This document shows, in pieces, positions 44,083 through 53,882 of a stretch of DNA of 64,000 nt. A model generated the notes under the pieces. That model was not told the origin of the DNA. It saw nothing but the letters and a program-made list of their open reading frames with translations, and did no database searches. A program made the translations under genes and the position numbers. Location: contig CANLPK010000001.1 of NCBI GenBank assembly GCA_947492885.1, positions 36,852 to 100,851 on the forward strand, given 5' to 3'. Source of the stretch: Bacteroidota bacterium. GTDB taxonomy: Bacteria > Bacteroidota > Bacteroidia > UKL13-3. Each line of letters starts with the position of its first letter. Positions within the stretch are counted from its first letter, which is position 1.

Positions 44083-46986
44083 TTAACGCAATGCCTCGTA
44101 TACTACTTGCTGCATTTTACTTCTCACACTTAATTTTAAAATCTTGTCGTTCTCTTGATCGGGACAAACGCGGTTACTTAGAAAAACAAATACCATATTA
44201 TATTTTGGATCTGCCCATACACTGATTCCGGTGAATCCAGTATGCCCAAAGGTTAAAGTACTCGCCCCATTATACATAACATCGGCATCTGTTGGCTTGC
44301 GCTTCTGTTTATCAAAACCCAATCCGCGGCGGCTGGTAAGCGATTGATAGGAAGTAAATAAATCAACCGTTTCAGAACTAAAATATTTTATACCATTATA
44401 GGTTCCTTTATTGAGAAGCATTTGAAAGATGATACTTAAATCATAGGCATTGCTAAATAGTCCAGCATGCCCAGCAACCCCACCAAATAGTGCTGCTCCA
44501 GGATCATGCACATAACCTTGCAATAATTGTTTCCTAAATACGGTATCATTTTGCGTGGGAACAATATCTTCTTTTTTATAATAGTGAAGTGGATTGAAGC
44601 TGGTAGTTGTAAGCCCTAAAGGTTGGTAAAAAGTTTTATTTAGGTACTTCTCAAAATCCTGAGCGGTAATTTTCTCAACCAATCGTTTTAATAAAATAAA
44701 ATCCAGATCGCTATACACATATTTTCCTGGAGGCGCCACCGGGCTTTTTAGAATCGTCTTCCAAATCACATCCAGATAATTGGAACGCATATACATACTA
44801 TCAGCTACCTGTATCGAGTATTTTTTATCGGGTGAATTACGAAACGCAGTAGTGTCTTTCATTGCATCTATGTAGAATGGAATCCAAGCCTTTAGTCCCG
44901 CTTCATGCAGGAGCACTTGTTTCACTGTAATATCTTTTTTGTTGGTAGTCTTTAACTCGGGCAGATAAAAGGATAGCTTCTGGTTCAAATCAATCTTTTT
45001 CTCATCATACAATTTCATCACCGCCAAATTGGTCGCTGCCACCTTAGTCACAGAAGCCAAATCGAATAGATTGTCATTATGAACAAACTGTGAATCGGTA
45101 TTGTAGGTGAAAGTGCCAAATGACTTTTCATAACAAATCATCCCGTCTTTTGCAACGAGCACCTGACAGGCTGGAAATGCTTTTTCGGCAATGGCCCAGC
45201 GTGCAACCGTATCGATATTATTTAAAATTCTGCTGTCGAGTTGTACCGCTTCAGGTATGGTGTATTGCATCCCTTTCATGGCGGTGGTATTCACCGTTTG
45301 ATGCAATACATAATGGTTATTCACATTTACTGGTAAGCTCCCCAAAGAAGGTTTCAATCCAAAAATTATTTGCGAAGCGGTGAGCATATTAGGTTCTGTT
45401 TCTTCAAATGCTTCAATTACATTCTTGGCATCATTAAAGTTGGAGAGGCTGTATGCATTGGCGAAGTTCACTAGAATCGTTTTTTTCTTTTTGCATAGTG
45501 CATTCACAAATGCTGCTTCTGTTGGGGTTATGCCATATTCCTTGGTGAAAAATCGGCTGGTACCATGCAGGCTCACAATGACGATATCGTATAAGGCCAG
45601 TTTCTTCATCCATGCATTTACTTCGGCTTTGGTAAAATTTTTATCGGTGGCATACACATCCATTTTTGCATAATGCCGCAATTGCACTTGAAAGAAATTC
45701 TCCTTTTTATCACCGATAACCAAACTTGCAATCTTTAATCCTGGGCGTTTTATCAATGGGAGTAATTGCTGTTGATTCGTCACAATACATACCGATGCAT
45801 CCGCCATTTGTTGTATCAATAGTTTTGTTTGTGGTGGATTCAAATCATCGATCACACATGCCGAATCTATTGTATTAAATGTTTTGTAACCACTCCATGC
45901 CTTCGCTTTTAAAATGCGTAAAACATGTATATCAATATCTTTTTCATTGATGATATTGCTATCTAAAGCGCCCTTGATTCTTTGCACTGCCGTAGCTACA
46001 TCATCCACACAAAGTAGCACATCGCAACCAGCCAAGAGTGCCATGAGCTCGGCATCCCCATTCTTGTAGTATTTGGTGACCCCTTTCATGTTTAAAGCAT
46101 CTGTAAAAATCAAGCCGTCAAATTTCAGGCGCTTGCGTAACAAATCTGTTACAATGATTGGTGAAAGTGTTGCTGGTATATTTGGTGTGGTATCAAAGCA
46201 AGGCATATTGATATGTGCTACCATCACACCCATGGCGCCCACATCACTTAAGTATTTAAATGGAAATAATTCCAATGAATCCAGTTGTTCCAGCGTCTTA
46301 CACAAGATGGGTAAATCTTTATGCGAATCAACGCCTACATCTCCATGACCCGGAAAATGTTTGGCAGAAGTGATGATATGCGCTTCTTGTATACCTCTCA
46401 TATAGGCAGCACTGTATTGTGCCACGCGGTGGGGTTCTTCTCCAAAAGAGCGATCACCAATCACAGGGTTTAGCGGGTTATTATTAATATCTACATCAGG
46501 AGCAAAGTTGATATTGATGCCCATGCGTTTACATTCACGACCCACTTCCTTTCCCATCTCATAAATCAAACTATCGTTGCGCATGGCTCCAAGCTGCATC
46601 TGTTTGGTGAAGCTGGGAGTATTTTCTAAACGCATACTCAAACCCCATTCTCCATCTATGGCAATAAACAAAGGTATTTTAGAAATATTTTGATAGTAAT
46701 TGGTTTGTTCCACCTGTTTTGCTGGACTTCCTTTGAAAAATATTATTCCACCAACATGATAAGTTTTTATGAGGTCTTCAATCACAAATAAATCTTCCTT
46801 GGCGGAAGTAGCTGATACGATAAAAAGTTGCCCAATCTTTTCTTCCAGTGTCATTGTTTTTAGAAGACTATCAGCCCATTTATTCGGAGCCTTACATGGA
46901 TGAACCTGAGCGTAACTCGATTGCGCCAAAAGAAATAGAATCAGGGTAATTAAAGGTTTTAGTAAATTTTTAGTAGCACTCATCAT
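44083..46986 (-). CDS. exported fusion protein: GH3 (NagZ-like beta-N-acetylhexosaminidase) N-terminal domain + serine beta-lactamase/PBP-like C-terminal domain
   Basis: Signal peptide. GH3 motifs (KHFPGHG, FTDALNM). C-terminal SxxK motif (ASVTKV) in a class-C beta-lactamase-like context (YSDLDFILL...GHTGFTG). Confidence 0.85.
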   Translation of the reverse strand: MMSATKNLLKPLITLILFLLAQSSYAQVHPCKAPNKWADSLLKTMTLEEKIGQLFIVSATSAKEDLFVIEDLIKTYHVGGIIFFKGSPAKQVEQTNYYQNISKIPLFIAIDGEWGLSMRLENTPSFTKQMQLGAMRNDSLIYEMGKEVGRECKRMGININFAPDVDINNNPLNPVIGDRSFGEEPHRVAQYSAAYMRGIQEAHIITSAKHFPGHGDVGVDSHKDLPILCKTLEQLDSLELFPFKYLSDVGAMGVMVAHINMPCFDTTPNIPATLSPIIVTDLLRKRLKFDGLIFTDALNMKGVTKYYKNGDAELMALLAGCDVLLCVDDVATAVQRIKGALDSNIINEKDIDIHVLRILKAKAWSGYKTFNTIDSACVIDDLNPPQTKLLIQQMADASVCIVTNQQQLLPLIKRPGLKIASLVIGDKKENFFQVQLRHYAKMDVYATDKNFTKAEVNAWMKKLALYDIVIVSLHGTSRFFTKEYGITPTEAAFVNALCKKKKTILVNFANAYSLSNFNDAKNVIEAFEETEPNMLTASQIIFGLKPSLGSLPVNVNNHYVLHQTVNTTAMKGMQYTIPEAVQLDSRILNNIDTVARWAIAEKAFPACQVLVAKDGMICYEKSFGTFTYNTDSQFVHNDNLFDLASVTKVAATNLAVMKLYDEKKIDLNQKLSFYLPELKTTNKKDITVKQVLLHEAGLKAWIPFYIDAMKDTTAFRNSPDKKYSIQVADSMYMRSNYLDVIWKTILKSPVAPPGKYVYSDLDFILLKRLVEKITAQDFEKYLNKTFYQPLGLTTTSFNPLHYYKKEDIVPTQNDTVFRKQLLQGYVHDPGAALFGGVAGHAGLFSNAYDLSIIFQMLLNKGTYNGIKYFSSETVDLFTSYQSLTSRRGLGFDKQKRKPTDADVMYNGASTLTFGHTGFTGISVWADPKYNMVFVFLSNRVCPDQENDKILKLSVRSKMQQVVYEALR

Positions 46987-47489
46987 GTAGGGAACGTATT
47001 ACCACAAATATAATTTTAAGCCAACCGATAAATGATTCACTTATAAACAAAAACAGTACGAAAAGCGCGCTGTTACTTGTTAATTAGACAATGAAATAAT
47101 GGTAACTTTAAAGTGTAATTTTAAATTGATAACCTACTTGCAATGCATAGGCAGGATTCATCACTTCCAGAATTATCGGTATGTCCTTAAATTTCAATAT
47201 TGGTGTAAGTATTCTTGGTGAGTACGATGGCAAAATTGGCGAGGTGCCTTTTGGCAAAAGAAGACAAATAATATTTATCAAAACGAAAATGAATTTTTCA
47301 CTAAATGCATTGACAATCCTGTTTTTAATTTCTTTCGATTCTTTTGAGTTTTAGGCAATACACCGTTGTTGTAAGAATTTCGATGCACGAAGTATAAGTG
47401 ATATCAATTTGGCAAATTTTACATTCTATGGTAAATTAATTACAAAATTCTCACCCCAAAGTCTCTTGTACTTCAATTATCTTTGCCCT

Positions 47490-48773
47490 ATGCAACCCAT
47501 ACCATTAGCAGAACGCATGCGCCCCAGCCAACTCGATGAGGTGGTGGGACAAAAGCATCTCATAGGGAAGGGTTCGGTTTTGCGCAACGCCATTGAAAGT
47601 GGTAATATTATGAGTATGATATTTTGGGGACCTCCAGGTGTAGGTAAAACTACCATGGCCAATATCATTGCACATACTTTGAAACGCCCATTCTTTGGAC
47701 TTAGTGCGGTAAACTCTGGGGTGAAGGAAATTCGTGAAGTGATTGAAAAAACCAATGCACACGATTTGTTTGCTTCGCGTGTACGCCCCATTTTATTTAT
47801 TGATGAAATTCACCGATTCAATAAATCACAACAAGATGCTTTACTCGGCGTTGTTGAAAAAGGCACTGTAACTCTTATTGGTGCTACCACAGAGAATCCT
47901 TCCTTTGAAGTGAATGCAGCGTTATTATCTCGTTGCCAAGTGTATGTATTACAACATTTGCAACGCGAAGATTTGGAGTTGTTATTAAATCAGGCCTTTG
48001 AACGCGATGCATGGCTTCAATCAAAAAAGGTCACCATCAAAGAAAATGAAGCTTTACTAAGATTGAGTGGTGGTGATGCAAGGAAGCTTCTCAATGTCTT
48101 GGAAATTGTAGTGAGTGGTATGGAACAACAAAATCTGCACGAGATAACCAATGAAGTCGTTGAAAATATCGTACAACAAAAAATGGCATTGTATGATAAG
48201 AGTGGTGAGCAGCATTATGATATCATCTCAGCTTTTATTAAATCGATGAGAGGGAGCGATCCCAATGCAGCGGTTTATTATTTGGCCCGAATGCTTGAAG
48301 GCGGAGAGGATCCATTATTTATCGCACGACGAATGCTGATATTAGCAAGTGAAGATATTGGCATGGCGAATCCCACCGCCTTGGTGATGGCCAATAATGT
48401 ATATAGTGCAGTGCACGCTATTGGGATGCCTGAAGCCCGAATTATATTATCACATGGTGCTATTTATTTGGCCACCTCACCCAAAAGTAATAGTGCTTAT
48501 ATGGCTATTGAAGAAGCGATGCAAACTGTAAGAGAAACCGGTGATGCACCCGTTCCGCTTCCTTTGCGCAATGCACCTACCCGACTCATGAAGGATCTAA
48601 ATTATGGGAAGGATTATCAATATGCACATTCGTATGAAAATAATTTTGTGGATTTGGAATTCCTGCCTGCATCGCTTTCAGGAAAAATGTTTTATCAGCC
48701 TGGAAATAATAATAGAGAAAAAGAGGTGGGTGAAAATTTGAGGAAATTATGGAAAGAGAAATATGGTTATTAA
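47490..48773 (+). CDS. rarA: replication-associated recombination protein A (AAA+ ATPase)
   Basis: The start was trimmed from TTG (47409) to the ATG at 47490 ([21 protein letters not shown], the conserved RarA N-terminus). Walker [10 protein letters not shown], Walker [11 protein letters not shown], and the C-terminal MgsA domain. Confidence 0.93.
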   Translation: MQPIPLAERMRPSQLDEVVGQKHLIGKGSVLRNAIESGNIMSMIFWGPPGVGKTTMANIIAHTLKRPFFGLSAVNSGVKEIREVIEKTNAHDLFASRVRPILFIDEIHRFNKSQQDALLGVVEKGTVTLIGATTENPSFEVNAALLSRCQVYVLQHLQREDLELLLNQAFERDAWLQSKKVTIKENEALLRLSGGDARKLLNVLEIVVSGMEQQNLHEITNEVVENIVQQKMALYDKSGEQHYDIISAFIKSMRGSDPNAAVYYLARMLEGGEDPLFIARRMLILASEDIGMANPTALVMANNVYSAVHAIGMPEARIILSHGAIYLATSPKSNSAYMAIEEAMQTVRETGDAPVPLPLRNAPTRLMKDLNYGKDYQYAHSYENNFVDLEFLPASLSGKMFYQPGNNNREKEVGENLRKLWKEKYGY

Positions 48774-48780
48774 TTGGAGA

Positions 48781-49221
48781 TTAATCTTTTCTTTTCCAAT
48801 GAATAACTCTTACTTCATTATCTTCTAAAGCGGCTTCTGCCTCTACCCAAAACATGGCCCTTTTATTCCAGGATGGAGTGCACATAAAAACAGTTCTTCC
48901 TGTGGTTTTTCCAGTAGTGTCGGGATAGTGCTGAACTGCACTGATGCGCGCTTTAGAGCCTTCAAAAGTAACAGGGCAGCGTTTTCCATCAATATCGCCT
49001 TTACTGAAAAAGTATTCGTAAAAATCGATTCCTGTTTCCCATTGCCATGCCGTGCTCGTATCTACCCAACGCGTTTTAACTAAATAATCAATATTCTTAT
49101 AATTTGTGCTATAAGCCGGTTTGAGCAATACAATAGTATCACCTACCGTGATCTCAACACTTTCTTGGGCGTATAATCCTAAGGTGAAAAATACCAAAAA
49201 CAAAAACAAGATTTTTTTCAT
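48781..49221 (-). CDS. hypothetical exported protein
   Basis: 146 aa with signal peptide MKKILFLFLVFFTLGLYAQ. No recognisable motif. Confidence 0.5.
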   Translation of the reverse strand: MKKILFLFLVFFTLGLYAQESVEITVGDTIVLLKPAYSTNYKNIDYLVKTRWVDTSTAWQWETGIDFYEYFFSKGDIDGKRCPVTFEGSKARISAVQHYPDTTGKTTGRTVFMCTPSWNKRAMFWVEAEAALEDNEVRVIHWKRKD

Positions 49222-49344
49222 GACAGCCTCAAAAATAGGATGTTTAAAAGTAAAGAAATGTTAATGAATAATCTCATGCATTAAATGGGTTGCGATATAG
49301 GAAATACCATATAGCAAGAACTGGCTGATTAGGAATTATTTTCA

Positions 49345-52300
49345 TTACCAAACTTCCCAATTATTTTCGGTGTTCTCTTTCCGGGAAGTAGGTCTTTGGC
49401 GTCCACCTGTAAGTATTTGTACCTGTGCACTCACGTAATTTTTTAATTCTTCAATGGTGGTCTTTTGATTTTTATCTAGGTCGGCAGCCCCATTTTGCAA
49501 AGCATTGAGCACACAATAAGTGAAAACGCCATTATTCCATTGAGCACTTTCAAGTGCATATTCTTTCCCTCCGGCTGCACTTATCACGATGGCTCCGTTG
49601 CCATTACTGATATCACTAAAAAGGTCTTGCATTAACTCAAAACTATTTTCCAATCCGATGCTATTACTATCGATTATCAAATCGGATCCTCTGGCTGCAA
49701 TGCCAGAAACGCCTGGGTTTGCAGGTCCATTCACGACGCTAATATTCTCCGATTTATCAATTTCCCCACTATGGCATGCATCCACCAATAATAGCTTATT
49801 ACGTGCAGGTATTCCATCAAGCAAACCTTCCAGATCGTCATACAATAAACCTTTTGACTCGGGATGCTGAAAATCGATATCATAGGTGGCATAGTAAAAA
49901 TCGAGTGACTTGCTTAATAATCCATGCCCACTCAAGGAGATGATAACTTTATCATTCACCGATGTTTTCATCAGGAGTTCTTTAAGTGCAAGGATATTGG
50001 CTTTGGTAGCTTTCTCATTGGTGAGTAAAATTACCTTCGCATTTTTTAATTGGAGTTGTTTCGATAAGTCACTCACATCTTTTTCGGCATACTTCAAATT
50101 AAAAGAGCTGTCTTGATAACGACTCACTCCAATACCAATAAAGTAAGTAGTATAGTTTGCGACTCCTCCTTCATACACTATTTCAAATTGCTCTTTATAA
50201 CTTTCCACTCCCTGAGCATTGATGCATGATACCGTGATTTTATTTTTTTCATTGCTTAATGTCAAAGTACATTTTTCACTTGCAGCATGGCCTGTAATCG
50301 CTTTGCCTTTGATGCCATAAACGGGTACATCATTTACCCATACATGGATACTTTTGAGCGCATATAAGGGGTCCTCGGCTTTAATAGTGAAATGCAATTC
50401 AGAAACTTTGGTGCTAATTGGTAGCTGACTATTAATAATGGCAATAGTGGGAACATGAAAAGTACCACCCAATTGCTTCTCTTCAAAACCAGCTCTCACG
50501 AGGCGTTTTTGATAGGCCACATAATATGATTTGATTAAGGGGACGTTGGGATTATTTTTTTCATCATCGAAGGCCAATCGTGAAATATCAGTCAAGATGA
50601 TATCCGGCCGGTTGTACTTTAAATCGAATTGCTCGAAGGGATAAATTTCATTTCCAATTCTAAATGATAGCGCCTTCGCAGCACCCTTGGTTGCAAAATA
50701 ATAGCCTTGCGGGTTGGTGATGATATAGTCATTGCCTCCCTTTAAAATGAGGTAACTCAAGAGTTCCTTCCCACTTGTTATATCCCAAATTTTGAGTTGT
50801 GTATCGAGGCTACCACTAAAAATATATTTTTGGTTATTACTGAATAAAACACTCCGCACTTCATTTTGATGACCTATAAATGATTTAATTAAAGTACCAC
50901 TTGTTACTTCATAAAGTCTCACGATAAAATCAGCTCCACCACTACAAATTAATTTCCCATTTGCACTAAAACCGATGGTAGAAAAGCCCGCACCATATTG
51001 CTTAATATGTTTGATTAGATCGCCAGTAGTGGCATCAAATATCTTTATCCAGCTGCCGCCGCATGCAGCAATGTATTTGCCATCCGGACTATAGGCCACC
51101 GACATGATGGAAGTGTATTTCATGGCAAAATTTCCATCCATACTCATCGAAGTTACAGAGCCATACGCCATTACCATCGAGGTATCATAATATCCACTTA
51201 TCAAACTATGCGATTCAATGGTTTTAAATAGCGTTTTACTTTCATAACTGTACATGAGTAATTTCCCATCTAAGGTGCCTGCCGCAAAGCTAGTGCCATC
51301 AGGGCTTACAGCCAGGGCACCTATTCCACTTTTATCGGCAAAAATGGTTTCCGATTTATTGCGATCTGGGCGCCAAAGTAAAATATTTCCGTCTTTGGTA
51401 CCCCCGAGATAATTTTTTCCATTGGGAGTCATGGTAACTGCATTCATTGCTGCCGAACCAATACTCATATCACCACTATTGCCATTAGCAGGAAAAGCGT
51501 ACCACATTAATTTTCCATTAACACTGGAAGCACCTATTGATTTGTTGCGCGCACTGAAAGCAACTTCTGTTATAAATTCATTTGCATCTTCGCCTTTGTA
51601 AAAAGGAAGCAGTTTCCCGCGTTGTAAATCCCATACTCCAACATGATTGCCAGTTTCTAAATGCCCTGAAGAGAATGCCAAATAATTTCCCGAACCACTT
51701 AAGCTAAGGCTTTGTAGGTATTCGCTGATGGAGGCAAAATTGCGAACCACTTTCCCGGTTGCTAAACTATAGAGCTTGGATGTCCAGTCATTACTCGCAG
51801 TAAGAAGAAATCGTCCATCGGTACTAAACACTAAATCATTCACCATGCCAGTATGCGCTTTCACCAAATTAACTATATCACCCGATTGATTGAGTAAGGG
51901 TTTTCCATCAATGGTTTTCACATTTACACTTCCATCTTCTAATGCATACGCTAATTGTGTTCCAGGTTCATTCAGGGTGGAAGTGGTATATCGTAGAGAG
52001 TCTTTGGCCCATGCTCCAATTTTTTTCTGGGTGCTTAACTGATAACATACCAATGATTCATAATTGCTTAATACTACGATATCATGATGGGCACTCATGG
52101 CATCTGGACTATAAATTCCAGGCATCGATTGTAAGAGTTTACCATCAATCATTGAATAGGTAAGTATTTTTTCTTTTTTATATTCAGAGGTGGCAATGAA
52201 TAAGGATTTATCATCATCACTAAATTGTATCAGCTTTGCATTACTCATTGGTAACTTGCGGTAAGTATTAAAATCGTTGGTATTAAGTAGGAATACGCCA

Positions 52301-52707
52301 TCATCATTCTTGCATGCCAACCATTGATTGGAGTGACTTAAGGCAATACAACTAACTGGAGATTTCGGGTTAACAAGTTGTTTTAAAATCTTACCCGTGA
52401 GTGCATCCCATTTGATAATTCGTTGATCGTCCCAACTACAGCTATAGATAGTTTTTCCATCTTTACTAATCTGAACAGCATATACCAAACCACGATGACC
52501 ATTAAATGTGCGGATTAATAATCCGTTACTCATATTCCATAATTTGATGGTATTATCACTACTTCCGGTTACTGCATATTGCCCATCGGGGGTCATGCTT
52601 ACACAACGCACACGGTCGCTATGGCCAAGCTGCACCAAGGTTTCTGCTTGCTGAGCATAGGTATGATAGCTGATAAATAATAGAAGAATGTAAAATAATT
52701 GTTTCAT
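49345..52707 (-). CDS. exported WD40-repeat (two-propeller-sized) protein with a C-terminal caspase-like (peptidase C14) domain
   Basis: Signal peptide MKQLFYILLLFISYHTYAQQ. About 670 aa of WD40 repeats (SSDNTIKLWN, DQRIIKWD, DWTSKLYS, DFIVRLYE, DTQLKIWD...). The caspase domain spans aa ~855-1110 with the His/Cys dyad in canonical contexts: ISLSGHG (His codon 49924-49926) and LLLVDACHSG (Cys codon 49774-49776). Confidence 0.85.
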   Translation of the reverse strand: MKQLFYILLLFISYHTYAQQAETLVQLGHSDRVRCVSMTPDGQYAVTGSSDNTIKLWNMSNGLLIRTFNGHRGLVYAVQISKDGKTIYSCSWDDQRIIKWDALTGKILKQLVNPKSPVSCIALSHSNQWLACKNDDGVFLLNTNDFNTYRKLPMSNAKLIQFSDDDKSLFIATSEYKKEKILTYSMIDGKLLQSMPGIYSPDAMSAHHDIVVLSNYESLVCYQLSTQKKIGAWAKDSLRYTTSTLNEPGTQLAYALEDGSVNVKTIDGKPLLNQSGDIVNLVKAHTGMVNDLVFSTDGRFLLTASNDWTSKLYSLATGKVVRNFASISEYLQSLSLSGSGNYLAFSSGHLETGNHVGVWDLQRGKLLPFYKGEDANEFITEVAFSARNKSIGASSVNGKLMWYAFPANGNSGDMSIGSAAMNAVTMTPNGKNYLGGTKDGNILLWRPDRNKSETIFADKSGIGALAVSPDGTSFAAGTLDGKLLMYSYESKTLFKTIESHSLISGYYDTSMVMAYGSVTSMSMDGNFAMKYTSIMSVAYSPDGKYIAACGGSWIKIFDATTGDLIKHIKQYGAGFSTIGFSANGKLICSGGADFIVRLYEVTSGTLIKSFIGHQNEVRSVLFSNNQKYIFSGSLDTQLKIWDITSGKELLSYLILKGGNDYIITNPQGYYFATKGAAKALSFRIGNEIYPFEQFDLKYNRPDIILTDISRLAFDDEKNNPNVPLIKSYYVAYQKRLVRAGFEEKQLGGTFHVPTIAIINSQLPISTKVSELHFTIKAEDPLYALKSIHVWVNDVPVYGIKGKAITGHAASEKCTLTLSNEKNKITVSCINAQGVESYKEQFEIVYEGGVANYTTYFIGIGVSRYQDSSFNLKYAEKDVSDLSKQLQLKNAKVILLTNEKATKANILALKELLMKTSVNDKVIISLSGHGLLSKSLDFYYATYDIDFQHPESKGLLYDDLEGLLDGIPARNKLLLVDACHSGEIDKSENISVVNGPANPGVSGIAARGSDLIIDSNSIGLENSFELMQDLFSDISNGNGAIVISAAGGKEYALESAQWNNGVFTYCVLNALQNGAADLDKNQKTTIEELKNYVSAQVQILTGGRQRPTSRKENTENNWEVW

Positions 52708-52830
52708 TAGCTATTAACGATAAGTACTGCAAGTTAGGAATTATAAAATAATTGAAGATACCTTTAAGAGGGTATTCCAACATATTGCTATTATTCTTAA
52801 ATTCACGACTTCAAACAAACAGCTCATCTC

Positions 52831-53868
52831 ATGAAAAATTTCTTCTTCATTCTATGTTTTATAATTATAGGACAATCGTTAAATGCCCAATTATACCCGA
52901 TTAAAATCAATAATGATTGGGGTTATATTGATACTACTGGAAAGATCGCGATTGAACCTGCATTTAAATGGGCAGGCTTTTTTATTGATGGTTTAGCATT
53001 TGTTTCATCAGGAAAACAATTTGGTTTTATTGATGAAACAGGGAAGCTGGTTATCAAAGAGCAGTTTGCTAATGTTTCAAATTTCTCGGAAGGATATGCT
53101 AGTTTTTTGGAAGATGAAGATTGGGGTGTAATCAATACCAAAGGGGAAATAGTGATTGAACCAAGGTTTGCAGCCCCATTAATATTTCATGATGGTTTAG
53201 CCAAATTCAAATTGGAACGTGGATTATTCTCCACTTATGGCTTTGTAAATGCCAAAGGAGACACTGCAATTTATCCCCGATACGAAAAGCTGAGTGAATT
53301 TAGTAATGGGGTATGTATGGCTTCAGAAGATGGAAGTAAATATGGATATATCAATACCCAAGGCGAATGGGTTATACCAGCAACCATGGATATTGGAGTG
53401 ATGATGAAAATCAATGGAGAATATGATTTCAGTGATAAAGATTTTAGCAATGGATTTATTGCAGTTTCTAAAAATGATAAATATGGTTTGATGGATATCA
53501 ATGGGAAAATGGTGCTCGATTATAAATTTGATTTCATTGGCAAATACTCCGAAGGACTAGCCCCTGCAAAGAAAGATAGCTTGTATGGTTATATCGATCA
53601 ACGTGGTAATTGGGTAATTAAACCCATTTATAACGGAGCTGAAATGTTTCGTAATGGATTGGCCGCCGTTTCCAAAGGTCCTTACTTAAGTGAGTTATGG
53701 GGCTTTGTTGATCATACAGGTAAGGTAATTATTCCATTAAATATTTATGGAAATTTTAACCCATACAAACCGATGGAATTTTTCAAAGGCGCGGTAGCAT
53801 GTTATATCACCGAAGGGGTTTTTGGATATATCAATAGAGCAGGAAAGGTGATCTGGAAATTAGAATAG
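52831..53868 (+). CDS. WG (KWG)-repeat-containing exported protein
   Basis: Signal peptide, followed by about ten repeats of the form (W/Y/F)G(Y/F)I(D/N)..G..VI.P.(F/Y). Confidence 0.8.
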   Translation: MKNFFFILCFIIIGQSLNAQLYPIKINNDWGYIDTTGKIAIEPAFKWAGFFIDGLAFVSSGKQFGFIDETGKLVIKEQFANVSNFSEGYASFLEDEDWGVINTKGEIVIEPRFAAPLIFHDGLAKFKLERGLFSTYGFVNAKGDTAIYPRYEKLSEFSNGVCMASEDGSKYGYINTQGEWVIPATMDIGVMMKINGEYDFSDKDFSNGFIAVSKNDKYGLMDINGKMVLDYKFDFIGKYSEGLAPAKKDSLYGYIDQRGNWVIKPIYNGAEMFRNGLAAVSKGPYLSELWGFVDHTGKVIIPLNIYGNFNPYKPMEFFKGAVACYITEGVFGYINRAGKVIWKLE

Positions 53869-53882
53869 ATAGTTTGAAATTA

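Noticed and set aside
49345-52707. Considered calling the WD40-caspase protein an NLR/STAND-type antiphage sensor (caspase effector + repeat sensor).
   Set aside because: I could find no NACHT/NB-ARC/P-loop module between the domains. The protein starts with a secretion signal, and no other defence genes flank it. The defence interpretation is therefore unsupported.
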